Shown piece by piece: positions 1 through 8,675 of a stretch of DNA of 32,000 bases. The notes under the pieces were generated by a model that had not been told where the DNA came from, made no database searches, and worked only from the letters and a program-made list of their open reading frames with translations. Location: contig CP010514.1 of assembly GCA_001552015.1 (NCBI GenBank), forward strand, positions 330,001 through 362,000, in the 5' to 3' direction. Made by a program: the position numbers and the translations under genes. The DNA is from Candidatus Nanopusillus acidilobi (GTDB lineage: Archaea > Nanobdellota > Nanobdellia > Nanobdellales > Nanobdellaceae). Every line of letters begins with the position of its first letter. Positions within the stretch are counted from its first letter, which is position 1.

Positions 1-1
1 A

Positions 2-280
2 TTATTTTTCTCTTTTTTCTCAGACAAAAAATTTAATATATTTAATTTATTAAAATTAGAACCTCTATACTTTTTTAAAGTTCCAAAAGATATTACAATA
101 AACATAGTTTATTCAAAATTACCTGATCAAAGTATAAATATAGATAAGAATAGTATTGAAAATATATTAAAGGATTTCTTTGAAGTAGATACTATACCTT
201 CATTATCAAAACCAATCCATATTTTAGAAAGTACAAACAGAGAATATAAAAGAAAATTTAGTAAAATTAAAAAATTATAA
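2..280 (+). CDS. C-terminal fragment of a CDS entering from the left edge, unknown function
   Basis: Open frame from position 2 to TAA 278-280, ending ...SKPIHILESTNREYKRKFSKIKKL*. It overlaps the infB stop by 6 nt, tail to tail. Not in the supplied track because it has no start in the window. Confidence 0.6.
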   Translation, partial: LFFSFFSDKKFNIFNLLKLEPLYFFKVPKDITINIVYSKLPDQSINIDKNSIENILKDFFEVDTIPSLSKPIHILESTNREYKRKFSKIKKL

Positions 281-2050
281 TCCCCAAGCAGGGTTTTCTT
301 TTCTTATTATATTTGCTATTTCTTTTAATATTTCCTTTTGCTCATCATTTAAAATATCTTTATTTTCCTTAAATTTCCTATAATCATTTTCAGATATAAA
401 AGTATATAATATATCATCTTCAAATATGTTTCTTCCAACTACTGCATCATCTATAGATATGGCAACTTTATCATTTTTTATAGCTACATCTATATTCTTC
501 TTTTCTTTTTGTATTGTCAAAATTCTTCCAATTATTTTTCCATCTAAATTAATTAAATATACATCTTTTCTTATTTCTCCTCCTAAAACTTCAATTCCAA
601 CAATTGCAGGATTTGATCTTCTAAATATATTTCCCTTTAATATTTTTATCTTTCCTATTGGTGGTAATTCTCTTAATATTTTTTCTTTATTATATTTTAT
701 ATCATTAATATATTTCTCAATTTTTTCAATCAAATCATATATAACACTTGATATTATTAAATTTATATTTGAAGATTTTACATATTCTTCATCATTCTTA
801 TTTATTCCAATATTAAATCCAACTATAACAGAATATTGAGGATATTTTTCTTTCATAGATAATGCAATATTTACATCTTCTTTATTTATATCCCCTATAT
901 CAGCTTTTTTTATTGGTATATTTCTATCTCTTAACATTTTTATTAATACTTCCAGTGATCCTAAAGTATCTGCTTTAACAATAATACCTTCCTTATCAGT
1001 TTGAAATATTATGTTTTCAATATCTTTTTTCAATTTTTCTTCTATTTCCTTTAATTCTTTTTCATCATTATATACATAGATTGTAGAACCTGGTAATGCA
1101 TTATCTAATCCATCTGCTGATATTCTTATCCCACATGCAGCATATGCAACATCTATTTCTTTAAATTTACTTCTACTAGTGAATCTAATATCTGTCAAAG
1201 GTGCTGGTTTTAATATTAATTTTACTTTTGCTGTTTTAATACCATCTCTTGATAAAAAAACAATTTTATCACCTTTCCTTATTTTACCATCATATAATAT
1301 TATATCTATTACACTACCTAAACCCTTTTCTTCTTTTACTTCTAAAATTACACCAACACCATTTCCTTCAACATTTATTTTTAATTTTTCTTCTAAATAT
1401 CTTTGAGAAAGTCCTGCAATTAATAATAATAAATCAGGAATACCTTCTCCAGTTTTTGAAGAAATTGGAACAATTGCAACTTGTCTTCTAAAATCCTTTA
1501 CTCTATCATATCTATCAGAATCAAATCCTAATTCATATAATTTAGTTACAATATTATATGTATATTCTTCTAATTTGTTTATTACTTTTTGATCTTGATA
1601 TTTTATACTTTCTAAAAATGGTTTATTTTCATAAGGTTTCCATCCATCTATTTTATCTATCTTATTTAATGCAATTAAAAATGGTACTTTTAATTGTTTA
1701 CATATTTCTATTGCTTCATATGTTTGCTTTTGAAACCCATCCAATATATCTACTACAATAATTGCTAAATCTGAAACAGATCCACCCCTTTTTCTTAAAT
1801 TACTAAATACTTCATGACCAGGAGTATCAATAAATAACAAAGAAGGAATTTTTAGATCAAATTTAAACATATTTAATAATGGTTTTGATATTTCCTTAAT
1901 TACATCAATCGATACTTCAGTAGCTCCAATATGCTGAGTCATTTCACCAGCTTCTTTTTTTGTATAAGATGTATTTCTAATCTTATCTAATAGAGAAGTT
2001 TTACCAGCTCCAACATGACCTAAAACAACAATTATTGGAGATCTTATCAT
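275..2050 (-). CDS. infB: Translation initiation factor aIF5B (IF-2 family GTPase)
   Basis: 591 aa with GTPase motifs GHVGAGKTSLLD (G1), DTPGHE (G3), NKID (G4), SSKTGEG (G5); KEAGEMTQHIGA typical of a/eIF5B. Confidence 0.95.
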   Translation of the reverse strand: MIRSPIIVVLGHVGAGKTSLLDKIRNTSYTKKEAGEMTQHIGATEVSIDVIKEISKPLLNMFKFDLKIPSLLFIDTPGHEVFSNLRKRGGSVSDLAIIVVDILDGFQKQTYEAIEICKQLKVPFLIALNKIDKIDGWKPYENKPFLESIKYQDQKVINKLEEYTYNIVTKLYELGFDSDRYDRVKDFRRQVAIVPISSKTGEGIPDLLLLIAGLSQRYLEEKLKINVEGNGVGVILEVKEEKGLGSVIDIILYDGKIRKGDKIVFLSRDGIKTAKVKLILKPAPLTDIRFTSRSKFKEIDVAYAACGIRISADGLDNALPGSTIYVYNDEKELKEIEEKLKKDIENIIFQTDKEGIIVKADTLGSLEVLIKMLRDRNIPIKKADIGDINKEDVNIALSMKEKYPQYSVIVGFNIGINKNDEEYVKSSNINLIISSVIYDLIEKIEKYINDIKYNKEKILRELPPIGKIKILKGNIFRRSNPAIVGIEVLGGEIRKDVYLINLDGKIIGRILTIQKEKKNIDVAIKNDKVAISIDDAVVGRNIFEDDILYTFISENDYRKFKENKDILNDEQKEILKEIANIIRKENPAWGL

Positions 2051-2080
2051 CTAAAAATAATTTATAAGAAAAACTTTTAT

Positions 2081-2875
2081 TTATGGCCATATCCATCTTC
2101 TATATAAACCTTTTTCATTTGCAAAATTATCTGCTTTTTGATATGATTCTATTGTACCAATATCAAACCAATATTCACTATTACCATCATATACATATCC
2201 ATATATTTTTTCTCCTCTTTTTATTAAATATTCGAAGAAATTTCCCATGGAATCTTTACTATAATTAGAATTCATATATTCATCTAATAAATGCAATTTT
2301 CCCTTTGGAATATAATATATTCCAGTGGATATTGTAGTATATAATGGATTTTGGGGCTTTTCATAAAATTCTTTTATTATATTATTTTCCATTTTTACTA
2401 CTCCATAATTTTTTGCATCATTATAATTTTTTATATCATATACTGCCAAAGCTATAGAATTATTTTCATTTCCCAATTTAATTATTTTATTTAAATTAAA
2501 GCTAAATAAATTATCTCCCAATAATATTAATAGATTATTATTTATGCTCATTTCTTTTATTGCATAATGTAAACCCCCAATTGATCCTAGCTTATTTTCT
2601 TCAGAATTTGATGGTTCAATTACTAATCTTATTTTTCCAATTTGAGAGTATTCATAAAAAGAATATAATGCTGCTAGAATATGTCTAAAATGATTTTCAT
2701 ATTTTTTATTTGTTGATATAATTATTTCATCCGAACCTGTTTCCAATGCTTTTTCTATTATATAATATATTAAAGGTACACCTCCTACTGGAAATAATGG
2801 CTTTGGTACATAATCTGATAATGGTTTAAATCTCTTTGCATAACCACCTGCTAATATTAAAGTATCTAAACTCAT
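2081..2875 (-). CDS. NDP-sugar pyrophosphorylase / glucose-1-phosphate nucleotidyltransferase family
   Basis: N-terminal LAGGYAKRFKPLSDYVPKPLFPVGGVPLIYYII signature and LLGDNLF; 264 aa. Confidence 0.85.
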   Translation of the reverse strand: MSLDTLILAGGYAKRFKPLSDYVPKPLFPVGGVPLIYYIIEKALETGSDEIIISTNKKYENHFRHILAALYSFYEYSQIGKIRLVIEPSNSEENKLGSIGGLHYAIKEMSINNNLLILLGDNLFSFNLNKIIKLGNENNSIALAVYDIKNYNDAKNYGVVKMENNIIKEFYEKPQNPLYTTISTGIYYIPKGKLHLLDEYMNSNYSKDSMGNFFEYLIKRGEKIYGYVYDGNSEYWFDIGTIESYQKADNFANEKGLYRRWIWP

Positions 2876-2897
2876 AAAGAAAAATTATCAAAAAAAT

Positions 2898-5800
2898 TTA
2901 TGAATAAAATAGTTCATAATTTCCAAATCCTTGTGGTATAAATGTATTATTTGTAGATATTATATTTCCATTACCTCCTACTATCTTTTCTACAATATAA
3001 CTAGTAGCAGATAATAGATTAATAAATGTAATATTTCCATTTATATTTCCTATTATTGATATTCCTTCATAATAATTATATAATGTGTTATTTACATTCG
3101 TACTAGATATTACACTACTTAAACTATTTATGAATCCTTGTGAATTATTATAATATACATTTACACTTCCTGTAGATGTTGTTAAATTATCTATATATCC
3201 ACTTCCATATATTTCAATACCTAATTGTGAATTATATAATGATATGTTTGTTGCATTACCTGTTAAATAATATCCAAATAATCCTCCATTTGTTGTTACA
3301 TTTATTATATTATTATAAGCAGTTTCATATAATCCAAATACCTGTCCTACTTTTATATAATCATTTTCTATATTATTTCCTGAAGATGTTAAATATATTC
3401 CAAATATATTTGATTCTATATTGTTATTTATTATATTATTATTATTTCCATTATTTATCTTTATTCCAAATATGTTAGATATTACATTACTATTTTCTAT
3501 TACATTATTTACTGCATTTCCATCAAAATCTATTCCAAATATTTGTCCATTTATATTTGAATTATTTATTATTACATTATATGGATTGTCATCATATATT
3601 CCCCATACTGATGATTGAATATTTGTATTTTCTATTGTTGAATTTTGTATATAACCATATATTCCTCCTATATTTCCATTTATTGTAGAATTATATACAT
3701 TTACTACTGATGGATTCTTTACATCTATTCCAAACAATCCTGAATTTATATTATCATTTATTAAATTAATAGTTCCATTTTCTACATTTATTGCAAATAG
3801 ATTTGTATTAATATTTATATTCTGTATTGTTACATTTGATGATAATACATCTATAACAGGTAATCCTGGATTTGCAGGTTCAAATATTGTATTTTGTCCT
3901 AATAATGTTATATTTTGACCTTGTGGGTTTATTATTAAGTTTACTAAATATACTCCTGGAGAGAATACTACTACAGGTATAGAACTATTAATTGCTGAAT
4001 CTATTATTCCTTGTATTTGTGTATTACTTAATGTTGGATTTATTACTGATACATTATATGCATTTTGTGATATATATATTACCTGGGGATTTGTATATTG
4101 ATTTAATCCATAATTATTATATGCATATACTTTATACCATATTGAATAATATCCATTACTATTTAATTTTGCATATTCTTGTAATATTCCATTATATAAT
4201 ATATCTGAACATGAATTAATTATTGTTACCCATTGATTACTTGTTTGATTTAATAATTGTATTTGACAATAATCTTGACCTAAAGTATTATCATATACAT
4301 TTGCACTAACTTCTAATAACCATATATTTTCTTGTGTACCATTTGATGGTGTAGGATATGTATATGATACATTAAATATTGGTGAAGGTAATGTATAAAC
4401 ATATATTCCTGTTGAATTTGTTATTCCCTCAGGATTCGATGTTGATAATTCTATTGTAATATTTCCTCCATTTGGTATAATATTATATAATCCTGGTAAA
4501 TTATATGATGAATTTTCATAATTTAATTGAATAATATTATTACCTGGTGTTACATTTATATTATATGTTTGTCCATTTATTGTTACATTTACATTTGGAT
4601 AATTTGTATAGAATGATATATTTAGTTGATAATAATTTGATACTGAATTATTAGATGGGGATATAATATATATTTGTGGATTAACTATAGGAATTATTGT
4701 AATTGTAGTAGAATTCGTAACTCCGTTTGATGCAACACCAGTTACTGTTACACTATAAGTACCTGGTTGTATATTACTATTTGCACTTACTGTTAATGTT
4801 ACTGATGCATTTGGAGTAACAGTAGTATTAGATAAGGAACATTGTAGATTTGAATTACTTGTTGAACAAGATAAAGTAATAGATGCAGGAGTTCCACCAC
4901 TTAGTTGGGTAATATTTATTATTGTAGAATTCGAAGAACCAGCATTTACATACATACTACTTGGTCCCTGTATTGAGAATGAATATGGCTGTACATTAAC
5001 TGTTATAGTAGTAGAATTCGTAACTCCATTTTGCGCTGTACCTGAAATTGTTACTGAATATGTTCCTGGAGTAATTGAAGATGAAGCAGTAACAGTTAAA
5101 GTTACTGATGCATTTGGAGTAGCTTGAGTACTTGATAGTGAACACGATAAATAACTACTATTTGTAGAACAAGATAAGCTAACTGGTAATGGAGATCCGC
5201 TATTTAATTGAGTAATATTAATTGTTGCCGAATTAGAAGAACCCACATATGTATTAATACTACTTGGTCCCTGTATTGAGAATGAATATGGCTGTACATT
5301 AACTGTTATAGTAGTAGAATTCGTAACTCCGTTTGATGCAACACCAGTTACTGTTACACTATAAGTACCTGGTTGTATATTACTATTTGCACTTACTGTT
5401 AATGTTACTGATGCATTTGGAGTAGCTTGAGTACTTGATAGTGAACACGATAAATAACTACTATTTGTAGAACAAGATAAAGTAATGGATAATGGGGACC
5501 CACTATTTAATTGATTTACATATATTGTTGTAGAATTACTATAATTTGTATAAACATCTATACTACTTGGTCCCTGTATTGAGAATGAATATGGCTGTAC
5601 ATTAACTGTTATAGTAGTAGAATTCGTAACTCCATTTTGCGCTGTACCTGAAATTGTTACTGAATATGTTCCTGGAGTAATTGAAGATGAAGCAGTAACA
5701 GTTAAAGTTACTGATGCATTTGGAGTAACAGTAGTATTAGATAAGGAACATTGTAGATTTGAATTACTTGTTGAACAAGAAAGAGTAACTGGCAAAGGTG

Positions 5801-6527
5801 TGTTTCCTGTTAATTGATTTACATATATTGTTGTAGAATTACTATAGTTTGTATAAACATCTATACTGCTTGGTCCTGTAATATCAAAAGTAAATACTGG
5901 AAATCCTAATACTAATGCAGAAACATATTCCGTTGATCCTGGACCAGGGCCAACGTTAAATGAAACACTATAAGTACCTGGAGCTAAATCTTTACATTCC
6001 GCAGCATATACACTTATTTGAGGTGAAGATGTTAAAAATAATTGAGAACATCCATTAGGTAATGTTACCCCACCAATATTACCTCCATTCTTTGTTCCTC
6101 CCGAGGATATTAATATTAATACTGTTTCATTTTGCCCTGAAACAGTATATGAAACTGTTACTGGACCTGGTCTATTATATGTATTTGTAAAAGTAGTTAA
6201 AATAACTGGAACAGAATAATTATTTATAGAAACTCCACCAATTGCATAATTATTAGCTGTAGTAGTAAATGAACAGGTATTTGTACTAGAATTTCCAATT
6301 ACTGCATAATTTCCATTATTTACCATTACATTAAAACTTGGAGTAAGGGTTGAACCTGCAGAAGAAGCAACACAATAATATATATTTGCTGTAGATAATG
6401 TTACACTCTTAGCTTGAGCACTATTACTTCCAACAACATCTGCTCCAACCTGTGAATATATATTAAATGTAGAAATTAACAATAGAAGGCTTACTATAGC
6501 AAAATATAATATTCTTTTTATTCCCAT
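2898..6527 (-). CDS. Large secreted surface protein: signal peptide, four ~101-aa repeats, C-terminal right-handed beta-helix-like region
   Basis: 1209 aa. N-terminal hydrophobic segment MGIKRILYFAIVSLLLLISTFNIYS; four tandem Cys-pair beta-sandwich-like repeats; many N-x-S/T sequons; C-terminal short iterations such as NNIIENSNVISNIFGIKINNGNNNNIINNN typical of NosD/PbH1-like helices. Confidence 0.85.
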   Translation of the reverse strand: MGIKRILYFAIVSLLLLISTFNIYSQVGADVVGSNSAQAKSVTLSTANIYYCVASSAGSTLTPSFNVMVNNGNYAVIGNSSTNTCSFTTTANNYAIGGVSINNYSVPVILTTFTNTYNRPGPVTVSYTVSGQNETVLILISSGGTKNGGNIGGVTLPNGCSQLFLTSSPQISVYAAECKDLAPGTYSVSFNVGPGPGSTEYVSALVLGFPVFTFDITGPSSIDVYTNYSNSTTIYVNQLTGNTPLPVTLSCSTSNSNLQCSLSNTTVTPNASVTLTVTASSSITPGTYSVTISGTAQNGVTNSTTITVNVQPYSFSIQGPSSIDVYTNYSNSTTIYVNQLNSGSPLSITLSCSTNSSYLSCSLSSTQATPNASVTLTVSANSNIQPGTYSVTVTGVASNGVTNSTTITVNVQPYSFSIQGPSSINTYVGSSNSATINITQLNSGSPLPVSLSCSTNSSYLSCSLSSTQATPNASVTLTVTASSSITPGTYSVTISGTAQNGVTNSTTITVNVQPYSFSIQGPSSMYVNAGSSNSTIINITQLSGGTPASITLSCSTSNSNLQCSLSNTTVTPNASVTLTVSANSNIQPGTYSVTVTGVASNGVTNSTTITIIPIVNPQIYIISPSNNSVSNYYQLNISFYTNYPNVNVTINGQTYNINVTPGNNIIQLNYENSSYNLPGLYNIIPNGGNITIELSTSNPEGITNSTGIYVYTLPSPIFNVSYTYPTPSNGTQENIWLLEVSANVYDNTLGQDYCQIQLLNQTSNQWVTIINSCSDILYNGILQEYAKLNSNGYYSIWYKVYAYNNYGLNQYTNPQVIYISQNAYNVSVINPTLSNTQIQGIIDSAINSSIPVVVFSPGVYLVNLIINPQGQNITLLGQNTIFEPANPGLPVIDVLSSNVTIQNININTNLFAINVENGTINLINDNINSGLFGIDVKNPSVVNVYNSTINGNIGGIYGYIQNSTIENTNIQSSVWGIYDDNPYNVIINNSNINGQIFGIDFDGNAVNNVIENSNVISNIFGIKINNGNNNNIINNNIESNIFGIYLTSSGNNIENDYIKVGQVFGLYETAYNNIINVTTNGGLFGYYLTGNATNISLYNSQLGIEIYGSGYIDNLTTSTGSVNVYYNNSQGFINSLSSVISSTNVNNTLYNYYEGISIIGNINGNITFINLLSATSYIVEKIVGGNGNIISTNNTFIPQGFGNYELFYS
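4663..5877 (-). repeat. Four tandem 303-bp coding repeats inside the surface protein gene
   Basis: The ggtcc marker of each unit falls at 4963, 5266, 5569 and 5872, spaced exactly 303 bp (101 codons). Blocks longer than 100 nt are near-identical between units. Confidence 0.95.
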
Positions 6528-6550
6528 GAGATATTAGAAAACATTGCCCA

Positions 6551-6558
6551 ATATAAAA
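6551..6558 (-). promoter_or_regulatory. TATA-like box for the surface protein gene (leaderless geometry)
   Basis: Minus strand TTTTATAT at about -24 to -31 from the ATG at 6527. Confidence 0.5.
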
Positions 6559-6600
6559 TTATGATTGTTAATAACCTTAATCATTTATGATAATCGAACC

Positions 6601-6674
6601 CGGGCCCGGGGGGATTCGAACCCCCGATCTTCGGGTTAAAAGCCCGACGCTTTACCAGACTAAGCTACGGGCCC
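6601..6674 (-). tRNA. tRNA-Lys (anticodon UUU)
   Basis: Reverse complement GGGCCCGTAGCTTAGTCTGGTAAAGCGTCGGGCTTTTAACCCGAAGATCGGGGGTTCGAATCCCCCCGGGCCCG; 7-bp acceptor, anticodon loop CTTTTAA, T arm GGGGGTTCGAATCCCCC. CCA not encoded. Confidence 0.96.
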
Positions 6675-6718
6675 AACAATATTTAATTTATATTTATGAT
6701 TCTTATATAAATTTTTCA

Positions 6719-7405
6719 TTATCCATATAAAGATATATAGTTTATAGATCCATTGAAATATTGAAAATAATTTAAATATACTGTTGGATAAATATTCATT
6801 AATATGTTTGGAAGACCAACAATTTTATCCCCATTATACAAGTATAGTACTGTATTATAATTATTTATAATTAAGAATTTTTCATTTGTATTTATATAAA
6901 TACTAGAATTTCCAATTAAATTAAAATTACAATATAGGAAAGTTCTTGTATATACACTAAAAAATGAAGAACTTAAATAATTATCACAATTATAATATGC
7001 AGAATTGTTTGTTATATTAATATTTTGTGTTATTCCATATATATAAACTTGTAAAATAGATGATACATTTATATTAGAGTTCTGAATTATTTCTATATTG
7101 TTTGAACTCATATTATAAAAAAATTCTATACAATTATTACAAATGTATGAGTTTGTAGATAGAAATATAACATCTGGAGTATAATAATATGAAAAAGAAA
7201 AATTTGTATAATTATATACTATTTGTGGATCATAAAATTGAGAAAAATAAAAAGAACTGGTATATAATTTTTGATATTCAGATATTTTATATAATCCGGA
7301 AGAATATTGAGATAATCCATTGACTATATCTTGATACATATAAACTATAATGTATAAAAATACAGCAAGTGTAATCAATACCTCGATCCAGCTTTGAGAT
7401 TTCAT
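6719..7405 (-). CDS. Type IV pilin-like / single-TM exported protein
   Basis: 228 aa, N-terminal [20 protein letters not shown] followed by an extracellular-type Asn-rich domain. ATGA overlap with the upstream FlaJ-like gene. Confidence 0.5.
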   Translation of the reverse strand: MKSQSWIEVLITLAVFLYIIVYMYQDIVNGLSQYSSGLYKISEYQKLYTSSFYFSQFYDPQIVYNYTNFSFSYYYTPDVIFLSTNSYICNNCIEFFYNMSSNNIEIIQNSNINVSSILQVYIYGITQNINITNNSAYYNCDNYLSSSFFSVYTRTFLYCNFNLIGNSSIYINTNEKFLIINNYNTVLYLYNGDKIVGLPNILMNIYPTVYLNYFQYFNGSINYISLYG

Positions 7406-8658
7406 ATTGTTACATTAATACTTTGTTTTTGTATATATTTTTTCCCATTATAATTTAATATTGCTTCTACAATATATGTACCAGTGCTATTTAATTCGAT
7501 AGACTGAGAATAATATCCATTCTGTAATATTTGAAAATTCTGGTAAACATAATTTCCAGCTGAATTTATTACATATATTGTTAATGGGGCATTTGTTATT
7601 GGTTGTGCATCAATATATCCATATACTTGTATATTTATTGGAGTATATACATAAGCAGTTGTTGGAAAAACTTGTAAATTAAATGATACAAAAGAGGGTA
7701 GAACAAAAATTACTATAGATAATAATCCTATTAAATTGTTTATTGCTAAATGTTTTACTGAAGATCTTAATTTTCCACTTTCAGCAATGCCCATTATAAT
7801 TGATGCTGAAATTCCTACCATAATTATTGATAAAGATGTAATAAACTTTAACCATGAATAATTTATTTGAGAAGAAAAGAAATTAAATGTTGTATGAATG
7901 GTAGAAACTGAAATTTGACTTATTATCAATGGTTTAATTGTATCTAATATAGAAATTGATAATCCAACAAATATAATGAATATAGCATATAAAACCAATA
8001 TTTGTTGTGATATATATGCTCTCTTTAGTCCATCCAATTCCTTTACGGACTCTAGATCATTATATAACCTTTTTAAAACCTTTGAAATATCACCCCCACC
8101 CTTATATGTTTCTAATATTACATAATTAATCATCTTTATATTTGGAAGTTCTTCAAAATACATATTAAATAGTGTAAATGCCTTTTCAAATGGCATACCC
8201 CAAGCAATCCAATTATATAATTTTTTAACTAAAATAGATAAATATCCTAAATCTACCGAAGATAGATATGCCAGAGCATCCAATAATGTCATTCCGGATG
8301 CTAAACTTTCAGATAAATAAGATAAAAAATATGTATAGTTATTAGATATATTTTCATATATTTTACTTTCAATATACTTGTAAAATAGGTATGGAACTCC
8401 TCCCACAAGATATATAACTATTATTAATATTGAAAGTGCTACATAATTTTCATATAATTTAAATATTATTCCAAATATTCCAATAATTGATGCAAACAAA
8501 ATAGATATATATAATATAAATCTATCTTCCTTAATATATGAACCAAAAACATTTATTTCTTTATAATGTAATGGATCCTTTATATTGAAAATTTGATCTA
8601 TAAATCTTTCAGTTAATCCTTTTTGATTTACCCCTTTATTATATGTATTAGTTATCAT
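7402..8658 (-). CDS. T2SSF-domain (FlaJ/TadC-like) platform protein, C-terminal-half type, with extra C-terminal extracellular beta domain
   Basis: SESLASGMTLLDALAYL, WGMPFEKAF, YKGGGDISKVLKRL..ESVKELDGLKRAYISQQ are typical of T2SSF. Track start 8682 is a TTG; an ATG at 8658 has a TTTAAATA box centred about 28 nt upstream, so I prefer 8658. Confidence 0.8.
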   Translation of the reverse strand: MITNTYNKGVNQKGLTERFIDQIFNIKDPLHYKEINVFGSYIKEDRFILYISILFASIIGIFGIIFKLYENYVALSILIIVIYLVGGVPYLFYKYIESKIYENISNNYTYFLSYLSESLASGMTLLDALAYLSSVDLGYLSILVKKLYNWIAWGMPFEKAFTLFNMYFEELPNIKMINYVILETYKGGGDISKVLKRLYNDLESVKELDGLKRAYISQQILVLYAIFIIFVGLSISILDTIKPLIISQISVSTIHTTFNFFSSQINYSWLKFITSLSIIMVGISASIIMGIAESGKLRSSVKHLAINNLIGLLSIVIFVLPSFVSFNLQVFPTTAYVYTPINIQVYGYIDAQPITNAPLTIYVINSAGNYVYQNFQILQNGYYSQSIELNSTGTYIVEAILNYNGKKYIQKQSINVTI

Positions 8659-8675
8659 TATACTTTTAATTTTGG

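Noticed and set aside
426-839. Plus-strand ORF of 137 aa opposite infB
   Set aside because: Fully antisense to a strongly supported aIF5B gene; low-complexity composition. AT-rich genomes produce such shadow ORFs.
1179-1761. Three further plus-strand ORFs (75, 80, 67 aa) opposite infB
   Set aside because: Mutually overlapping antisense frames with no family signature.
3176-4219. ORFs of 100, 65 and 75 aa opposite the surface protein gene
   Set aside because: Antisense shadows of the Asn/Ile-rich beta-helix region; Leu/Tyr/Ile-rich with no domain.
4663-5877. Possible CRISPR or phage-type repeat array
   Set aside because: The 303-bp spacing is an exact number of codons inside a single reading frame, so these are protein domain repeats.
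6541-6600. Imperfect inverted repeat ATGATTGTTAATAACCTTAATCAT considered as terminator or sRNA
   Set aside because: Only 6-7 weak A/T pairs with a large loop; not distinguishable from AT-rich background.
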